Shown piece after piece: positions 40,761 through 54,016 of a DNA stretch of 64,000 nt; the stretch's first letter is position 1; the number at the start of each line of letters is the position of its first letter. Position numbers and translations under genes: made by a program. Source of the DNA: Epiperipatus broadwayi (taxonomy: Eukaryota > Animalia > Onychophora); assembly GCA_028023455.1 (NCBI GenBank), contig JAQFVV010000011.1, positions 62,001 through 126,000 of the forward strand. Direction: 5' to 3'. Below the pieces are notes generated by a model that ran no database searches, had not been told where the DNA came from, and saw nothing but the letters and a program-made list of their open reading frames with translations.

Positions 40761-42124
40761 TCTGTATTTCAAATCTAATCTAATATACCATAAAAACAAA
40801 GGGAAAAAAGTATAATCATTACCATTACAAATTTTAATGTTTTAAAATTTATTCATAAATTATAATTTTTGGTATGTAAATTTTAAAATAGACTTTTTAA
40901 AATTAATTTTAAATTGTTATGTATAAAATTGTGATTAAAATGACATATACAACTTATCAATTATATTTTTAGCAACTTTTATAAAAATCAGAAAATATTG
41001 TTATTTTTAATCCAAAATATAAAATGAAGACATCCATTTAAGGGGTTTTTTTCTCTAGCAAAATAAATGTTAGATTAAGTAGCAGTTTGTTTTGAAATAT
41101 TTACTTAACAATATTCTTGATATATTATAGCTTGGAAAAGCAAATATACCTTACTAATAGCATTTGGGCAATTTAAACCCATATACACATATGCATACAT
41201 TAATAAGCAGTAAGATATTTATATGACCAATTCTTTTCAATCTATTAATTTTATTTTTATAGTGAAAATAAATTTTACTGAAATAATTTTCAATGTAACA
41301 TAAATTAATATTAAAAATATAAATATTAACAGTGTTTTTACCCTGAAAGTATCTATCAATTTATTTTAAATTTCCTGCATTTGAAATATGTATGTTTTCT
41401 TTTTTCCTCTATAAAAAGTATTTTTAAATTAGTTTTTACAAGCAAAATTCATTAAAAAAAACAGGCATACTGCCATAAATTATCTATAAGATGTTAGATT
41501 AGACATATTCCAATGCATACTCATTTTCTATTATGTTTCCCAAAAGACAAATTCATTTTTTTTTAGATTTCTGAACACTAATACAGATGATAATTTTTTA
41601 TAAAATAAACTTACAAATTAATAACAAATGAATGAGTTTTTTTTAAACTATATAATCTATTGTAAAGGTGTAAAATCTTTTACAAACCTATCAATAAAAA
41701 TTAAGCACATAAATATAATTAATTAAATGTTTAATTAAGCAGCAGAGGTAAAATTTATTTAATTACAATAATGTTTTTATACAGACTTTTTACTTGAGAT
41801 TAAATACAATGAAAACAAAGTCTGTAAGCAATACTTTTTTCTTTAAAAGGTCTTTCATTATATTCGGAGTTGATAGTAATATAAAGCAAACTACTAAAAA
41901 TAATATATTATTACATTTGGTATAATGTATTATTTATTACATTTAACCCTTCTATTAACATATATAAAATACTTTATTTAGAGACTTTTGAAGAGGGTGT
42001 TAATTACCCTTTAGCTTTCCTTTAGTTTTCCATAGTACTATTTTGTCAGTTTTGTTTCATTTGATGATAGAAGATTAACTTAAAATAATATTGATTTATT
42101 AGTTTTAAAAAAATCTGAAGAAGT

Positions 42125-42620
42125 CAGTTTAATTGATGTGATAAATGTACTACCCTCACAACTTTGACACAAATCACTTAATGAAAGTATATTAATAATT
42201 TTTATTAGTCATTCATTAGAGTAGAGATTATCCACTTAATATTTCTATAATGTAACTTTCACTACACCACTTTCACACAAGGTATGAATGATTTTTATCC
42301 ACTTTTAACATCTTGTGGATGGGGTGTAATCATAAACATATGACTAAAAACAGACATGAAAAAGTTATATGATCCCCAAAATTCACATTTGTGCTGCACC
42401 AGCATTCATAAGTTGACTCAGATCACATCTCTTACCCAAATCTTTATCATTGTTCACTATATATTGAGAGTCAATTACTACAGTTTAATTGATGTGTCAA
42501 ACATGTTGCCCTCACAACTTTGACATAAACCATTTAATAGAAGTATATTAATAATTTTATTAATCATTAATTTGACTAGAGATTACCCATTTAATGAGTA
42601 ATATTTTTTGTAATGTGGCT
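42125..42620 (-). repeat. Old 356-bp-period tandem related to the hammerhead repeat family
   Basis: cagtttaattgatgtg at 42125 and 42481; intervening decayed hammerhead on minus strand CAA|CTTATGA|ATGCT-GGTGC-AGCAC|AAA (42375-42415); related fragments near 42850 (inverted) and 48490. Confidence 0.55.
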
Positions 42621-43049
42621 TATATATATATATATACTGAACAATAATAAAAATAGGGGTTAAAGAGTCTGTGGCCTGGGCCAACTGAAAAGTACTGGTT
42701 CAGCAAGAAATGTTCATCTTGAGAATCATACATCTTTTCACTGTTCTTTAATCATATGTTTATAATTATACCCTTCCACAAGATATTAAAAATGAATAAA
42801 AACCAGACCCTATCTTGCATGAGAATTATCTAGAGAAAGTTACACTACAGATATATTATTCATTAAGTGGATAATCTCTAGTGTAATAAATGAGTAATAA
42901 AATATTTATTGATAATACATATTTGTTTTTTATTGTGTTACTTTGCATTTGAGAAGTATCAGGCAGAGAAACTTATGATAGTAGATTTATCATTTAATTT
43001 TGGCTAGGAATTTAATTGTAAAATGGTATATTTAGTTTAATACATATAT

Positions 43050-43730
43050 ATTGCATAAATAAAAAAAGCTGATCAACTTACATGGGCTGCAAATATATAT
43101 ATATATATCCACATTTTATTGTCGGGCAAATTAAAAATAAAATGATATCCTGCTTTAAGTCTGGGATTTAAATAAAACTTAATTTGTCTATAGAAGAAAC
43201 AATGACGAACTCTTCATTCAAACCAGATTTAATGGCAGAAACCGTAGTTTGAATGTATACTTAAATGAATAATACAACATCTCATTTTATAAACCATTAC
43301 AAATAATAAATGAAATTAAAATAATTATAAATATTTGAATAAATACTGCTAAAGTATATGTAAATGAAATAAAGCTGACCAACTTCCATATACTATAAAG
43401 ATCTAAATGTATATATCCGTAATTCATTGTCAGAAAAATCTAGGAAAAAATGGTTCACTATTTTAATTTAAGCCTGGGATTTAAATAACGCTTGATTTAT
43501 CTGACAAGTATGGAAATAAGAGTGGACTTAAAACTCAAACCAGATTTAATATATAGAATTAAAAGTTTGAACTTATAAAAAATCATGCATTATTTAAATT
43601 TTAAGTCCTAGAGTAAAACTGTTGTACTGTTTTATTCTCGATTTTTCTGACAATGAATTATGGGAGTATAGATGTTTTTGCACCACATGAAAGTTGGTTA
43701 GGTTTCTTTCATTTATATATACTTTATCAC
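43050..43730. repeat. ~306-bp-period direct pair plus a partial inverted third copy
   Basis: aagctga(t/c)caactt...ctgggatttaaataa...tcaaaccagatttaat at ~43066 and ~43372; inverted fragment 43630-43728. Confidence 0.7.
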
Positions 43731-44214
43731 TGCATTTACTAATAACATCTGAGTTCATCCATATATAATTCATAGTACTAATATATTAATGTTTTAGCTA
43801 GGTCACACTAGCCATCAAGTAGGTGATGAATATTATAAAAACTGTTATAGAAGTACTGCAAGCACCGATGTATAACAAGACTAAACACTCCATCAGTAGA
43901 CTTATCTCTCCATTATCATTTCTATTTCATCTTGCTATAAATATGAGTGTTACAAGTTCTTGAAAGCCACTAAGTCATATTTAATTTATAGAAAAAACGA
44001 GCTTCTTTATAGTTGCATATAAGTGCACTTATAACATTCTATATAAGATAAGTATAAACAGTTATCATCATTACAAAAGAAAATAGGTACAGAAAAATTT
44101 AAAAATATAATGGTTTGGATTGGTTAATAAAAATGTGATCAAAAGCTATTCAGTTTAATGGGTTTTAAAAAATTCTTTCAAATGGAAAATAATTTACATG
44201 TATTATCATGTTTG

Positions 44215-44510
44215 TTGATATAACTGGTCTTTTTAATGATCTTATTGGCTTTTCCAACATTAGTGCAAGTGTCATCTCTGGATAGGTTCCTGGTGTTTAT
44301 GAATTCTCTATTATAAACCTTATCCATAGCACAGAGAGAAAAGGCTGATGATGATGAGTATTAGTTATCAGCATTAATAGATTCCTCTCTCCTAGCACTT
44401 ATGTAATGATTGCTCATACATATATATGAGGCTCCACAAACTCCACATTAAATCTCACAAACTCCATGACCATTAAGAGGAATTAAGTCCTTAGGCTTGG
44501 ATGACAGAAT
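44215..44510 (-). mobile_element. Penelope-like element GIY-YIG remnant, family B
   Basis: LSSKPKDLIPLNGHGVCEI*CGVCGASYICMSNHYISARREES...SSSAFSLCAMDK...NTRNLSRDD. Confidence 0.65.
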
Positions 44511-45237
44511 ATTACCAGTTTTTTGGTTAGAAGTACATGCCATTTTTATATTATAACATTTTAAAATATGACTAATACTGTCTATAATTCCTTTTATATA
44601 AGTACAGATTCTAGTAGTTGTATTTTTTTCTTGTCTTTTTATTATGATTGTTTTAAGGCTTCGTTTATAATTCCATTAGTTAATAAGATATTATTTGCTT
44701 CCCCCACATATGATTTACATGAAAAACTAACTGCTCTGGTGAAAAGAGTTTTGATTACTAAAGATATCTAAGCAGAGTGATGATGGAATACAAATTGTAA
44801 ATATCTGTCTGTATACATACATTTTTGTGAAAGTGAGAAAAGCTAAATGATTATACTGGTTTTTGATGACAATTATAAAAAGGAAGGAAAGCTGCATGAT
44901 TCTCTGCTTCTATTGTAGACTTAATATGAAAGATGGAAATTATTTATATGTGAAATCATATATTTTATCTTTACTATGTTACTGGAGAACAAACATGTCA
45001 TCTATGCATTATTTAAGCCAAACAAGATGGAGTAATTTGTTATTATTATTACTATAACTTATTTTTATTGCAATGCTGATCTTGTACCCTTTCCTTTAAT
45101 ATTTATTCCTTTGTTATTTGATCATATTTGTGATATTGGGAGTAGATGATATATGCCATTACCGTATATCATCCCTACTTTCATACCATTAAATTTATAT
45201 ATATATCACCACTTTTGAGAGTATTTCTCACATGACT

Positions 45238-45518
45238 GGTTTATTGAGAAAATGAATACTCTCAAGCCATAGCATTTTTTTTTGTTTTGTTTATAGAGAA
45301 AAGAGTATATGTTTTCTCTCTTTTACTTTATTTTCTTATATAGAGGATTGTATGAAATCATATATTTAAATTAGTCATACTATTTGTTTTGAAGCGTTTT
45401 AAGACAATCCAATATATAAAAAAATGATGAGAGAAGAAATATGCTCTTTTCTCTATAAACAAAACAAAACAAATTGTCTTACGCCTTATCGTCAGAGTAT
45501 TCACTGACTTAATAAACC
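45238..45518. repeat. Imperfect fold-back (~85-bp arms)
   Basis: ggtttattgag..tgaatactct...tttgttttgtttatagagaaaagag / reverse complement at 45429-45518. Confidence 0.65.
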
Positions 45519-46976
45519 ACACATATTAGAAATAATCTTGAAGTGTTATATATTATTAAAACACTGGACATATATATATAATTATTACTAATGGGCTAGA
45601 ATAGAGGTGAAATAAGGACTCTAAAAGATTATAGCTTAAATTTGTCAGTTCTAATTCTCAATCATCATATAACCTTCCCAGTGACAACATTAAAATAATT
45701 ATTCCAGAATATTATCACTATCTATTATAGCAAAAATATTTACCAGTTATAGGTGAAAGGATAGTGGAGACCATAGTTTTTGGACATTAAAAAATGTTAT
45801 GTAGTCATAATTTGTGTTGCCAAGAAAATATAAAAATTTGTAGTGAGCAAAGACACATTAATATATCATAATTTACATATCATTTACTCATGTGAGAAAG
45901 ACATTTGACTCAGTTAAAAAGTTTTTATTTTAATGCTTGAAATTATATGACTGATTTCCAAAATATATTCATATTATATAACTTCTCTACAATGGTAAAA
46001 TATGAAGCGTTTGATATTACAGCTAGCTTTAAACAATAATATGCATTAACTGCGATTTGGTTTTCTAATTTTATGATGGTCATCATTGGAATAACTTACA
46101 AATGGTTTCATAAAGCAATTTCCATTACAATATAGGTTTGATAGTGGAATTTTTAAATTTAAAGTGATTAAAATCAAGAACTTCATTCTCTTCTCTTCAA
46201 GATTTAGAGGTTTCTGGTAATTGTGATCTTTTAACAATTTAAAATAAAATTATCAATAGAATGTTTTTAATGCAATCTGTAATGACTACAGTTGAGTAAT
46301 TAATATTCAAAACATTCAAAGGTTTTTATCAGCCAATGATAGAAAAAAAAAGACATCTTTTAACTTGTATTAGTGTCAGCTTGAGAGTGCAATTTAATTT
46401 AAGTATTTTGGAGATTGCAAAGGACGATTCTTTCCGGTTTATTGCACAATTGTCATTTGCAATAAAGCACGCCTCTTTAATTTTTCGTTTCATATTATTA
46501 TGTTCAGTGCATAGTGCCCTTGTCATAGTGGGTTCAAACACATGGCCTGTTGTTTTTTGGTGCTCGAAGAATATGGATCTGTTTTCATCGTTATTTATAG
46601 CTCTCCTGTACAAATAATGATATTGAGATGTTCTTGTTGTAATGTTGGCACGGGTCTCCCCATAATATGCCGCTCTACATCCATTGGTTGGGCATGAAAT
46701 TTTATAAACTGCTTGGTGATGTATTTTGTGTTTGGTATTGTTTATCATTCCGTTTGTTGATGGTGGGGTGTGGAATCCTAGTTCGAAGGACTCGGCAAAT
46801 ATTTTATAATATTTCCTAGCAATTGATGGTATGTACGGTAGCATTATTCTGGGTTTATTGTTTTTGACAGTGTCAGTTTGTAATTTAGTTTGAAATTGCC
46901 TGATATTTTTATAGATAACGTTGTGTGAAAATCCAATCTTTTCTAGATTTTTAATATAATTTGTGAGGTTCGTTTT

Positions 46977-47459
46977 TCAGTTAGCTTCAAATTTACATAG
47001 TCTGTGATTTCTGTGCAGGGAGGAAGAGAGTCCAGCCAATTTATATGAGTTGGGTGAGTTTGAGTTTGGATGTATAAATCCTCGAATTTCTAGTGGCTTA
47101 ACTGTCATAGCATATGTAAGTTGGTGGGGATCTCTATGAACTTGAATATCTAGATAATTAACATTGTGCTGAAGGTTTTCATGTATGCAGTTAATTGTTA
47201 AAGAGGTTTGTGTTTGTAGCTCTTTTTGAATATCCATTATTATTTGTTCTGGTGCAACTATGAATACATTGTTAACATAGCGCGTATATATTAAGTTTCG
47301 TTCAATTGTGTAGTACTTAGTCAATATTTGCCTTTCAAAATGATTGAGGAAAATACTAGATATTATTCCACTTATTGGGAGGCCCATTGACCATCCGTCA
47401 TTCATTTTAAACCATTTACCATTAAATGTGGCCACAATATTTTGATCTATCCATTTCAA
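46977..47459 (-). pseudogene. PLE reverse transcriptase fragment, catalytically dead (YVDD to YVNN)
   Basis: ORF track translation; both catalytic Asp codons show G-to-A changes. Confidence 0.85.
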
Positions 47460-48122
47460 AAATTCTACTATGAAATTCAGCTGACCGAAAAATGAACCTC
47501 ATAAATTATATTAAAGATCTAGAAAAGGTTGGATTTTCACACAACATTATCTATAAAAAGATCAGGCAATTTCAAACTAAATTACAAACTGACACTTTCA
47601 AAAACAATAAACCCAGAATAATGCTACTGTACATACCATCAATTGCTAGGAAATATTATAAAATATTTGCTGAGTCCTTCGAACTAGGATTCCACACCCC
47701 ACCATCAACAAACAGAATGATAAACAATACCAAAGACAAAATACCTTCTGATCAAATAGCCCAAGCAGTTTATAAAATTTCATGCACAACCAATGGATGT
47801 AGAGTGGCATATTATGGGGAGACCTGTGCCAACATTACAAAAGAACATTTCAACCTCATTATTTGTACAGGAGAGCTATAAATAATGATGAAAACAGATC
47901 CATATTCTTCGAGTACAAAAAAACAACAGGCCATGTGTTTGAACACACTATGGCAAGGGCACTATGCACTGAACCTAATGATATGAAATGAAAAATTAAA
48001 GAGGCGTGATTTATTGCAAATGACAATTGTGCAATAAACCGGAAAGAATCGTGCTTTGCAATCTCCAGAAAATGGTCGTTATAAATTTTACATAAACCAC
48101 AGCTAAACTTCAGTTAAAAATA

Positions 48123-48165
48123 GGCTAAGATTATGGAGGCTCAAGATCTCTGAAAGCGCTAAGCC
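48123..48165 (+). ncRNA. PLE hammerhead-like motif with A3:U8 core (U4A)
   Basis: GGCT|AAGATTA|T|GGAG-GCTCAAGAT-CTCT|GAAA|GCGCT|A|AGCC; palindromic stem III AGCGCT. Confidence 0.6.
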
Positions 48166-51100
48166 ATATAACTTTTTAATAAGATTGAGACAAGCTTCAC
48201 TTTTTTGCGTAAAGCACAATCTAAATTACTTACTACTCAAAGGTGAAGTAGAAAACTAGTATTTTATTTTAAGTATTTTGGTAGTTCTTAGATTAAAAAA
48301 ACATATTTAGATGCTAATGTTCAACACACACTCGAATGTGCTGCTGTTCTATTTAATAAATTAAAAGTTAGGTATTTCACTGAATGATAAACTACTTAAA
48401 CAAAAATTAGCTCTGCACAAGATTTTTATTCAAATTTATTGCAACAAAGTAAAACATAGATAAATTGTTACATTTTGATTTTATTCCACTAACAACTTTG
48501 ACACAAATCACTCTAGATAAATACAGAAATGATTATCACTAATCATTTATTAAACTAGAGATTATCTTTAGCTCAGTCATGAACTTTAAATCTCAATTGA
48601 AGATTAATATATCTGATTCTTTAATTAAACACACAGATATTGTGGAAGTTATTTAATACATCTATAAAACAGATACCATTGTAACATAGAGACAATAAAA
48701 AAATTCATTTAAAGATGCTTTGTAATAGTTTTAAAAAACTATGACAGAGAAATTTTAAGACCATTTACTATGTTATTCAGTCATGCATATTTCTATTGGA
48801 ACAATGAATTTATAATAAACTTGGGTAGTTGTGGAGGATGTGCTTGATCGCCGCAGTACCATAAACAACCAGCCCGAAGCTTGCAAGTGATAAATTTCTA
48901 TCCGAAAGTGGCTGAAAATTGACAAATAGAAATTACAGCATCATAAAATGCCAAGTAAGCATAGTAGATGTGGTTGCATCTATATTCTGTAGATTCATTT
49001 GCAAAGTCTTCAGCAAAGCTTCTAATTTTTTGTTCCTTAGATCTCTCTCTTTGTGAAGTCACAATAACCATATATCTCTTTTTATTGCAAGGAATAACTG
49101 AAAATAAAATGTTAAACAAAAATAGTTTTTTCTTTTTATAAATCAAAACAAGTTTGAATTTATTTTAATTAATTTTTGCATGAAGGGAATACATATATTA
49201 AATGTAAGGCGAATATATACACTATATATTAATATGAAAAAAATTTTCATTTATTTTTGTCTGTCATTACTGTGTGTGTTTGAACATTTATGATGATAGC
49301 GTGTTACTTGTAGTAGTTAGTATATTGAATTATTTCCATTATCTAGTTTTTGTTAAATGTTTTTAGAAAAAATTAAGCTTTATTTAAATTTTTCAAATAT
49401 ATTCAATAGTTAATAATGACATGTTGCTTAGTATATAGCGTAAGTAATATTTTAAGTGTTAATGGTATTTAGTTGATATTCTAATTAAGCTATTTTGTTC
49501 TAGTCACAAATATAAAGATCACTGATTTAATTCCTCTGCTGGTATTGTTAGTGATCAGACTAGAAATAAATAAACAAAAAAAAATGTCATTCGAAATGTT
49601 GTGCTCTATACTAAACTATATGCTGCTACTAACAATTGTATGCATTTAAAATTTTAAACAAAAGTTTGATTTTTTCCAAAAGCATTTAACAGTTAAAAAA
49701 TTAGATGGTAAAAATAATCTGACATATAAATTACAAATAATCACTATTATGCATATTAAATTATCTGACAACAGGAAAGTTGAGTAAGTGATAAGCAAAG
49801 CTCCATAACCAAGTGATAACACTTAGTATCTTCAGAGGCAAGTTGTCATCTTTTAGTACAATTTATTCTAGCATTGCAATATTAATGACTGAAGTTAAAA
49901 GTCTGTACGCTAATTTTGTTATTTCCACTGGTAAGTTAATATTAATATGATCAAATTTATGTAGAATTAAATTTTAAAAACTTCTGACTTGCTATTATAG
50001 ATCATCATAAGAACGTAGGAATGTAAGTTATAAACATACAATAATACTTATCAATTGAAAATTGAATAAATCAACTTCTTATCAATGTTTTAAATAAAAT
50101 TCACCTTTAAAATTAGTAAGATAAGTTTATTAGGTGATGATTGATGTAAACAATCCATACAGAAATAACAAGTTATGCTGTAGATTGCCATCATAGTGTG
50201 ACAATGGTTCAAAACATTAGTAATAGCATGTACCACTCACTATACAGTATAATTAAATACATAAAATGATGCAGTATAAAATTATGCTATTCATAGCATG
50301 ACAGTAATTGCCTATCAGTATTTTGTGTCATATCCTAAATGAATTGTACAAAATAATAAATTTTCTATTGTCATTCAAATATCATTAAACATATTTTTAT
50401 TAAAATGATAATATAACAGTAAGGTAAGAATAATATTTCTATCTCCTCTTTGCTTCATTTTGAGTATAATGTTGGGCATATTTTTATAATATATTTAGAG
50501 TTATTATAACTTCGAAATGAGAAGATCAAATCAATAAATGTTGCACAATGAGTCTTAAACAAAATCATCTGCATTTCTAGATTTTATTAATAAATATAAT
50601 AAAGATAGGAAGTTCAAAATCAGAGATGATAAATGAAATCAGAAAATTAATACCTGTATTTGGCATTTCAATATTAGATATGGTGACATAATATCTTGGT
50701 TAAAAGGATGTAGAACAAACAAATTTTGTTGCCATATATTCTTTTTAAATGAAAAAAAATGGAATTGAACTAGCTTTTATTAAAATATTTAGTTCAGTTT
50801 GTATTTTGATTCAAAATGAAAAATTGAATGACTTTCTTTTTTTCTAATCTCATCACACTCCGCTGTCAATGCTGACGTCAAATCTCTCTGATTGACTCTG
50901 TATAAAACACTGTAAAATTTCTAGTTTTGAAATGTTAGCTTGGGCTTTGTATTTAAGATTAAAAGGTGTTATAGTATGTAGCAATAATGCTACATTATCG
51001 TATATATGGGCGTGAATACATCATAATTCAATAATTGATTGTAGTTGTGGTAATAGAGTGAAGGACTCGAGACTTAAAGATCCCTAAATTGTAATTCAAC

Positions 51101-54016
51101 TGTGTTACTTTCGGTGCTCGAATGTTATATGACCTCACGAACGTCAAACTTTTAGATTACCATTAGTAAAGTGTAATAAAAATATATTCATCAAGTAAAT
51201 AAGCATTTATTTCAAAATAACCTTCATGCAGTGTATGTTAATATATAATTTACAGGATACCGCAATTGCAAATATTTATTTTGATAGCAAGCAACCTTTA
51301 TGATCTCCTCTTGGGACATTCTTCCTTACTGACCGAGGAATTTGTTTTAACCCTGGGCAATTTTATTTCCACCAGCGGAAATGATTCTTATTAGATTTTT
51401 TTAAATAACGCCAAATACAATTTATTATACGCTAGGGACAATCTTTTTCTTTTTTTTTAAAAAAAAAAAACGAACGATGTTTCTAATTTTGATTTAATAT
51501 TTTTTTATAATTAATGTTGAGCAGTCGATATTAAAGTGAATTATTTGCATTTTATTTATTTCGGTTCAAATAAAGTATTAAAACAATCATGTTTATTTTC
51601 TTTATAAATAGATATAAATTTAATATTTAAGTGACTAGTTGTTTTATTTAAAACTACAATACTGTATTTACAATTCGACATGTGTTTTTTTTTTATCAAC
51701 TTTATTTACTGACCTATGATTTTAAACTTACTCCCAAACATTTTATTGTTTTAATAAAATATGAATATCTATTTTACATCTTAAAAACAAGACAAAAAAA
51801 AAAACTTGGATAGAAACTTAATCATTCTTACGATTTTATAGCTAGCGAATGTGAATTTGACAATCGAAATGTCAAAGCTACTGTTACTACAATTATAGAT
51901 TTCTTATCATATATTGAAATCTAGGCCGAATTTCTACCTTTCCTCTATTAATAATTTTTCACAAAAATTCTCCATGTTTTTTTTTTAATCTTCATTACCT
52001 TTCTTTTATTCACTATTAATTTGCTTATAGCTATTATTTGCATTCGAGATAAACATTACAGAACTAAGTTAGCAACAGTTGCTTGTGTCAATACTAAAGC
52101 ATTTCAATCTACCCAGGAGAAAGTATTCATAAACTACTCTTGAGTATTACGTTTAAAATTTAACTATTGGCAGAATGCATTCACGTGTTAGCTAAAAGTC
52201 GATGTTGATTTCAGCGCGCTTAATTCTGATAAGTAACACTGAAGAACTTAAATAATAATTTTTAAAGTCTATCAGACTACGCTTAAACCTAGTGAGAGTT
52301 TGAACCGGGGGTTTTTTTTTTTAAATATTAAAATGTGTTTAAATTTTATGATAATTTTGAATTAAAATTCATTCATTAATTAAAATGTTTGAATGCCGTT
52401 TTTCATTACTATGCAAATTATGTTAATAATATTTATTAAGAAACGATTTTTCTTTTAATTGTAAATTGGACATTACATAATGTTTCTGATTAAATAATTT
52501 GTAGTGCTAACTTTTAAAAATTGTTATCCTGTAAAAGTTTCCCTGTTATTAGAACCACCTTTACTTACTTTCCTCGATTACGATTACTGTAATCTCTTAC
52601 CAAAGGTTAAAGGCGTTCTGCAACGTTTAACATAATGATCTCAAACTTCTTTAGAACACCTAAGGTTATTTACCGGTTTCTTAAACTTACGAACTGCGTG
52701 TTAAAGATATTTCAAGATTAAGACGTGATTTAATTAAGTATTTAACCAATAAAAAAAATTACATTCTAATTTTAATATTTGATAATTGATATCTTTTTAC
52801 TCTTTAATTTTTCGTAACTTTTGCTGTAATGTAAGTTTATATATATCTTTTAATGAACACACATTACTGTATTTCAGCGATTAGATAAAATAAGGGAAGA
52901 CCTTTAATATTAATTCTATATTGTTAGTTTGATATTGTATAATAAAAATATATTTTAAAATGCCATTAAATAGCAGGTATTCGTTTAGGATTGCTAGGAG
53001 ACATGGGTATTCAAACTCTTTTACATTTTTGTTTTGCTTAATTACCAGATCACAGTGGTGTAGATATGTGTAGTAAATTGCATGGAGTCTGGATCTTAGA
53101 AGCCTTCTGACCATCAATTATTAAATTAAAAGTTGATAATAAAAGTATTAAGATACATATAATAGATATTTAAAAAGGTATTTTTTGAAATTATGCACAA
53201 ATGCTCAAAAACTCTAACTATGCCATTAGTGATCAACATGGTAACCTATTTGGGGGAAAAGTCTAAACTTCATTGAAATTTGAAAACATATTCAAGTTTT
53301 GTCCATCTTGAATTTAAACATAGGTTATAGGCATGATAAACAGATGCAATGTTACTTGGAACTACATACCACAATATAATTTTTTTCTGTTATAAATAAA
53401 ATCCTAAAAGGGATGCTAAGTAATATCTATTAGAAGATGGTTATCAGGAACACATATATTCTATCTTTATTGTTACATAAAATATTATTTTACATCTTAA
53501 CAAAAATAAATATTGTTGTATATTTATCAACAACTTTGTTAGGCCTAGTACATCTTACAATCGTCATATAAGTAAAATATTTATTTATTTATTTATTTTT
53601 TAAAACTTACACAGTATATATGATAACACATTTACTTGATGTACATACAAGTCCCGAAGTCCTGTCACTCTATACAAGTTTATAATTAATTTGTAAGGCT
53701 ATGACGAACAAAATCTTTTTTTTACAAACGTATTGAAAATAAAGAAAAAATATCTGCTCAGTTTTATAAAATATATAAAATCTATTTTATGTATTTTAAA
53801 AACTGAGATTTTATTTATTTATGCTTATTTGAAAAAATTCTAAACAATATTCAAACATAAAATTATAAAAATATATTATTCTTAATTATATCTTTTGAAG
53901 ATTTACATATACAAGTGTGTATTTATATAAAATTAATAAATTATTTTTATATCAATATTTTTTTATTAAAATGTTATTCTTTAAATTGATTTTTTTATTA
54001 TTATAAAAGTTAATAA

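Larger units (their letters stand above)
46409..48200 (-). mobile_element. 5'-truncated Penelope-like element (family A) with an inverted copy of its 3' part at the 5' end
   Basis: Minus body 46409-47478: RT FNGKWFKMNDGWSMGLPISG...YTRYVNN and GIY-YIG LPYIPSI...VYKISCPTNGCRAAYYGETR...KRKIKEACFI; 47479-~48200 is the same 3' region on the plus strand. Confidence 0.9.

Noticed and set aside
45460-45500. CTGACGA on the minus strand within the 45 kb fold-back
   Set aside because: No GAAA, and the mirror arm lacks the core; too eroded to call
48898-49097. Possible minus-strand host exon (strong acceptor; IPCNKKRYMVIVTSQRERSKEQKIRSFAEDF...)
   Set aside because: No recognisable protein family or partner exons; acceptor-like sites are common in AT-rich DNA. 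Needs RNA-seq or BLASTX
51840-53110. Several short plus-strand exon-like segments (SECEFDNRNVKATV..., IICIRDKHYRTK..., DHSGVDMCSKLHGVWILEAF)
   Set aside because: They cannot be assembled into a coherent gene and I recognise no homology
53640-53820. Mariner-like TIR start (tacaagtcccgaagtcctgtcac) and a local AT hairpin
   Set aside because: No matching opposite TIR located
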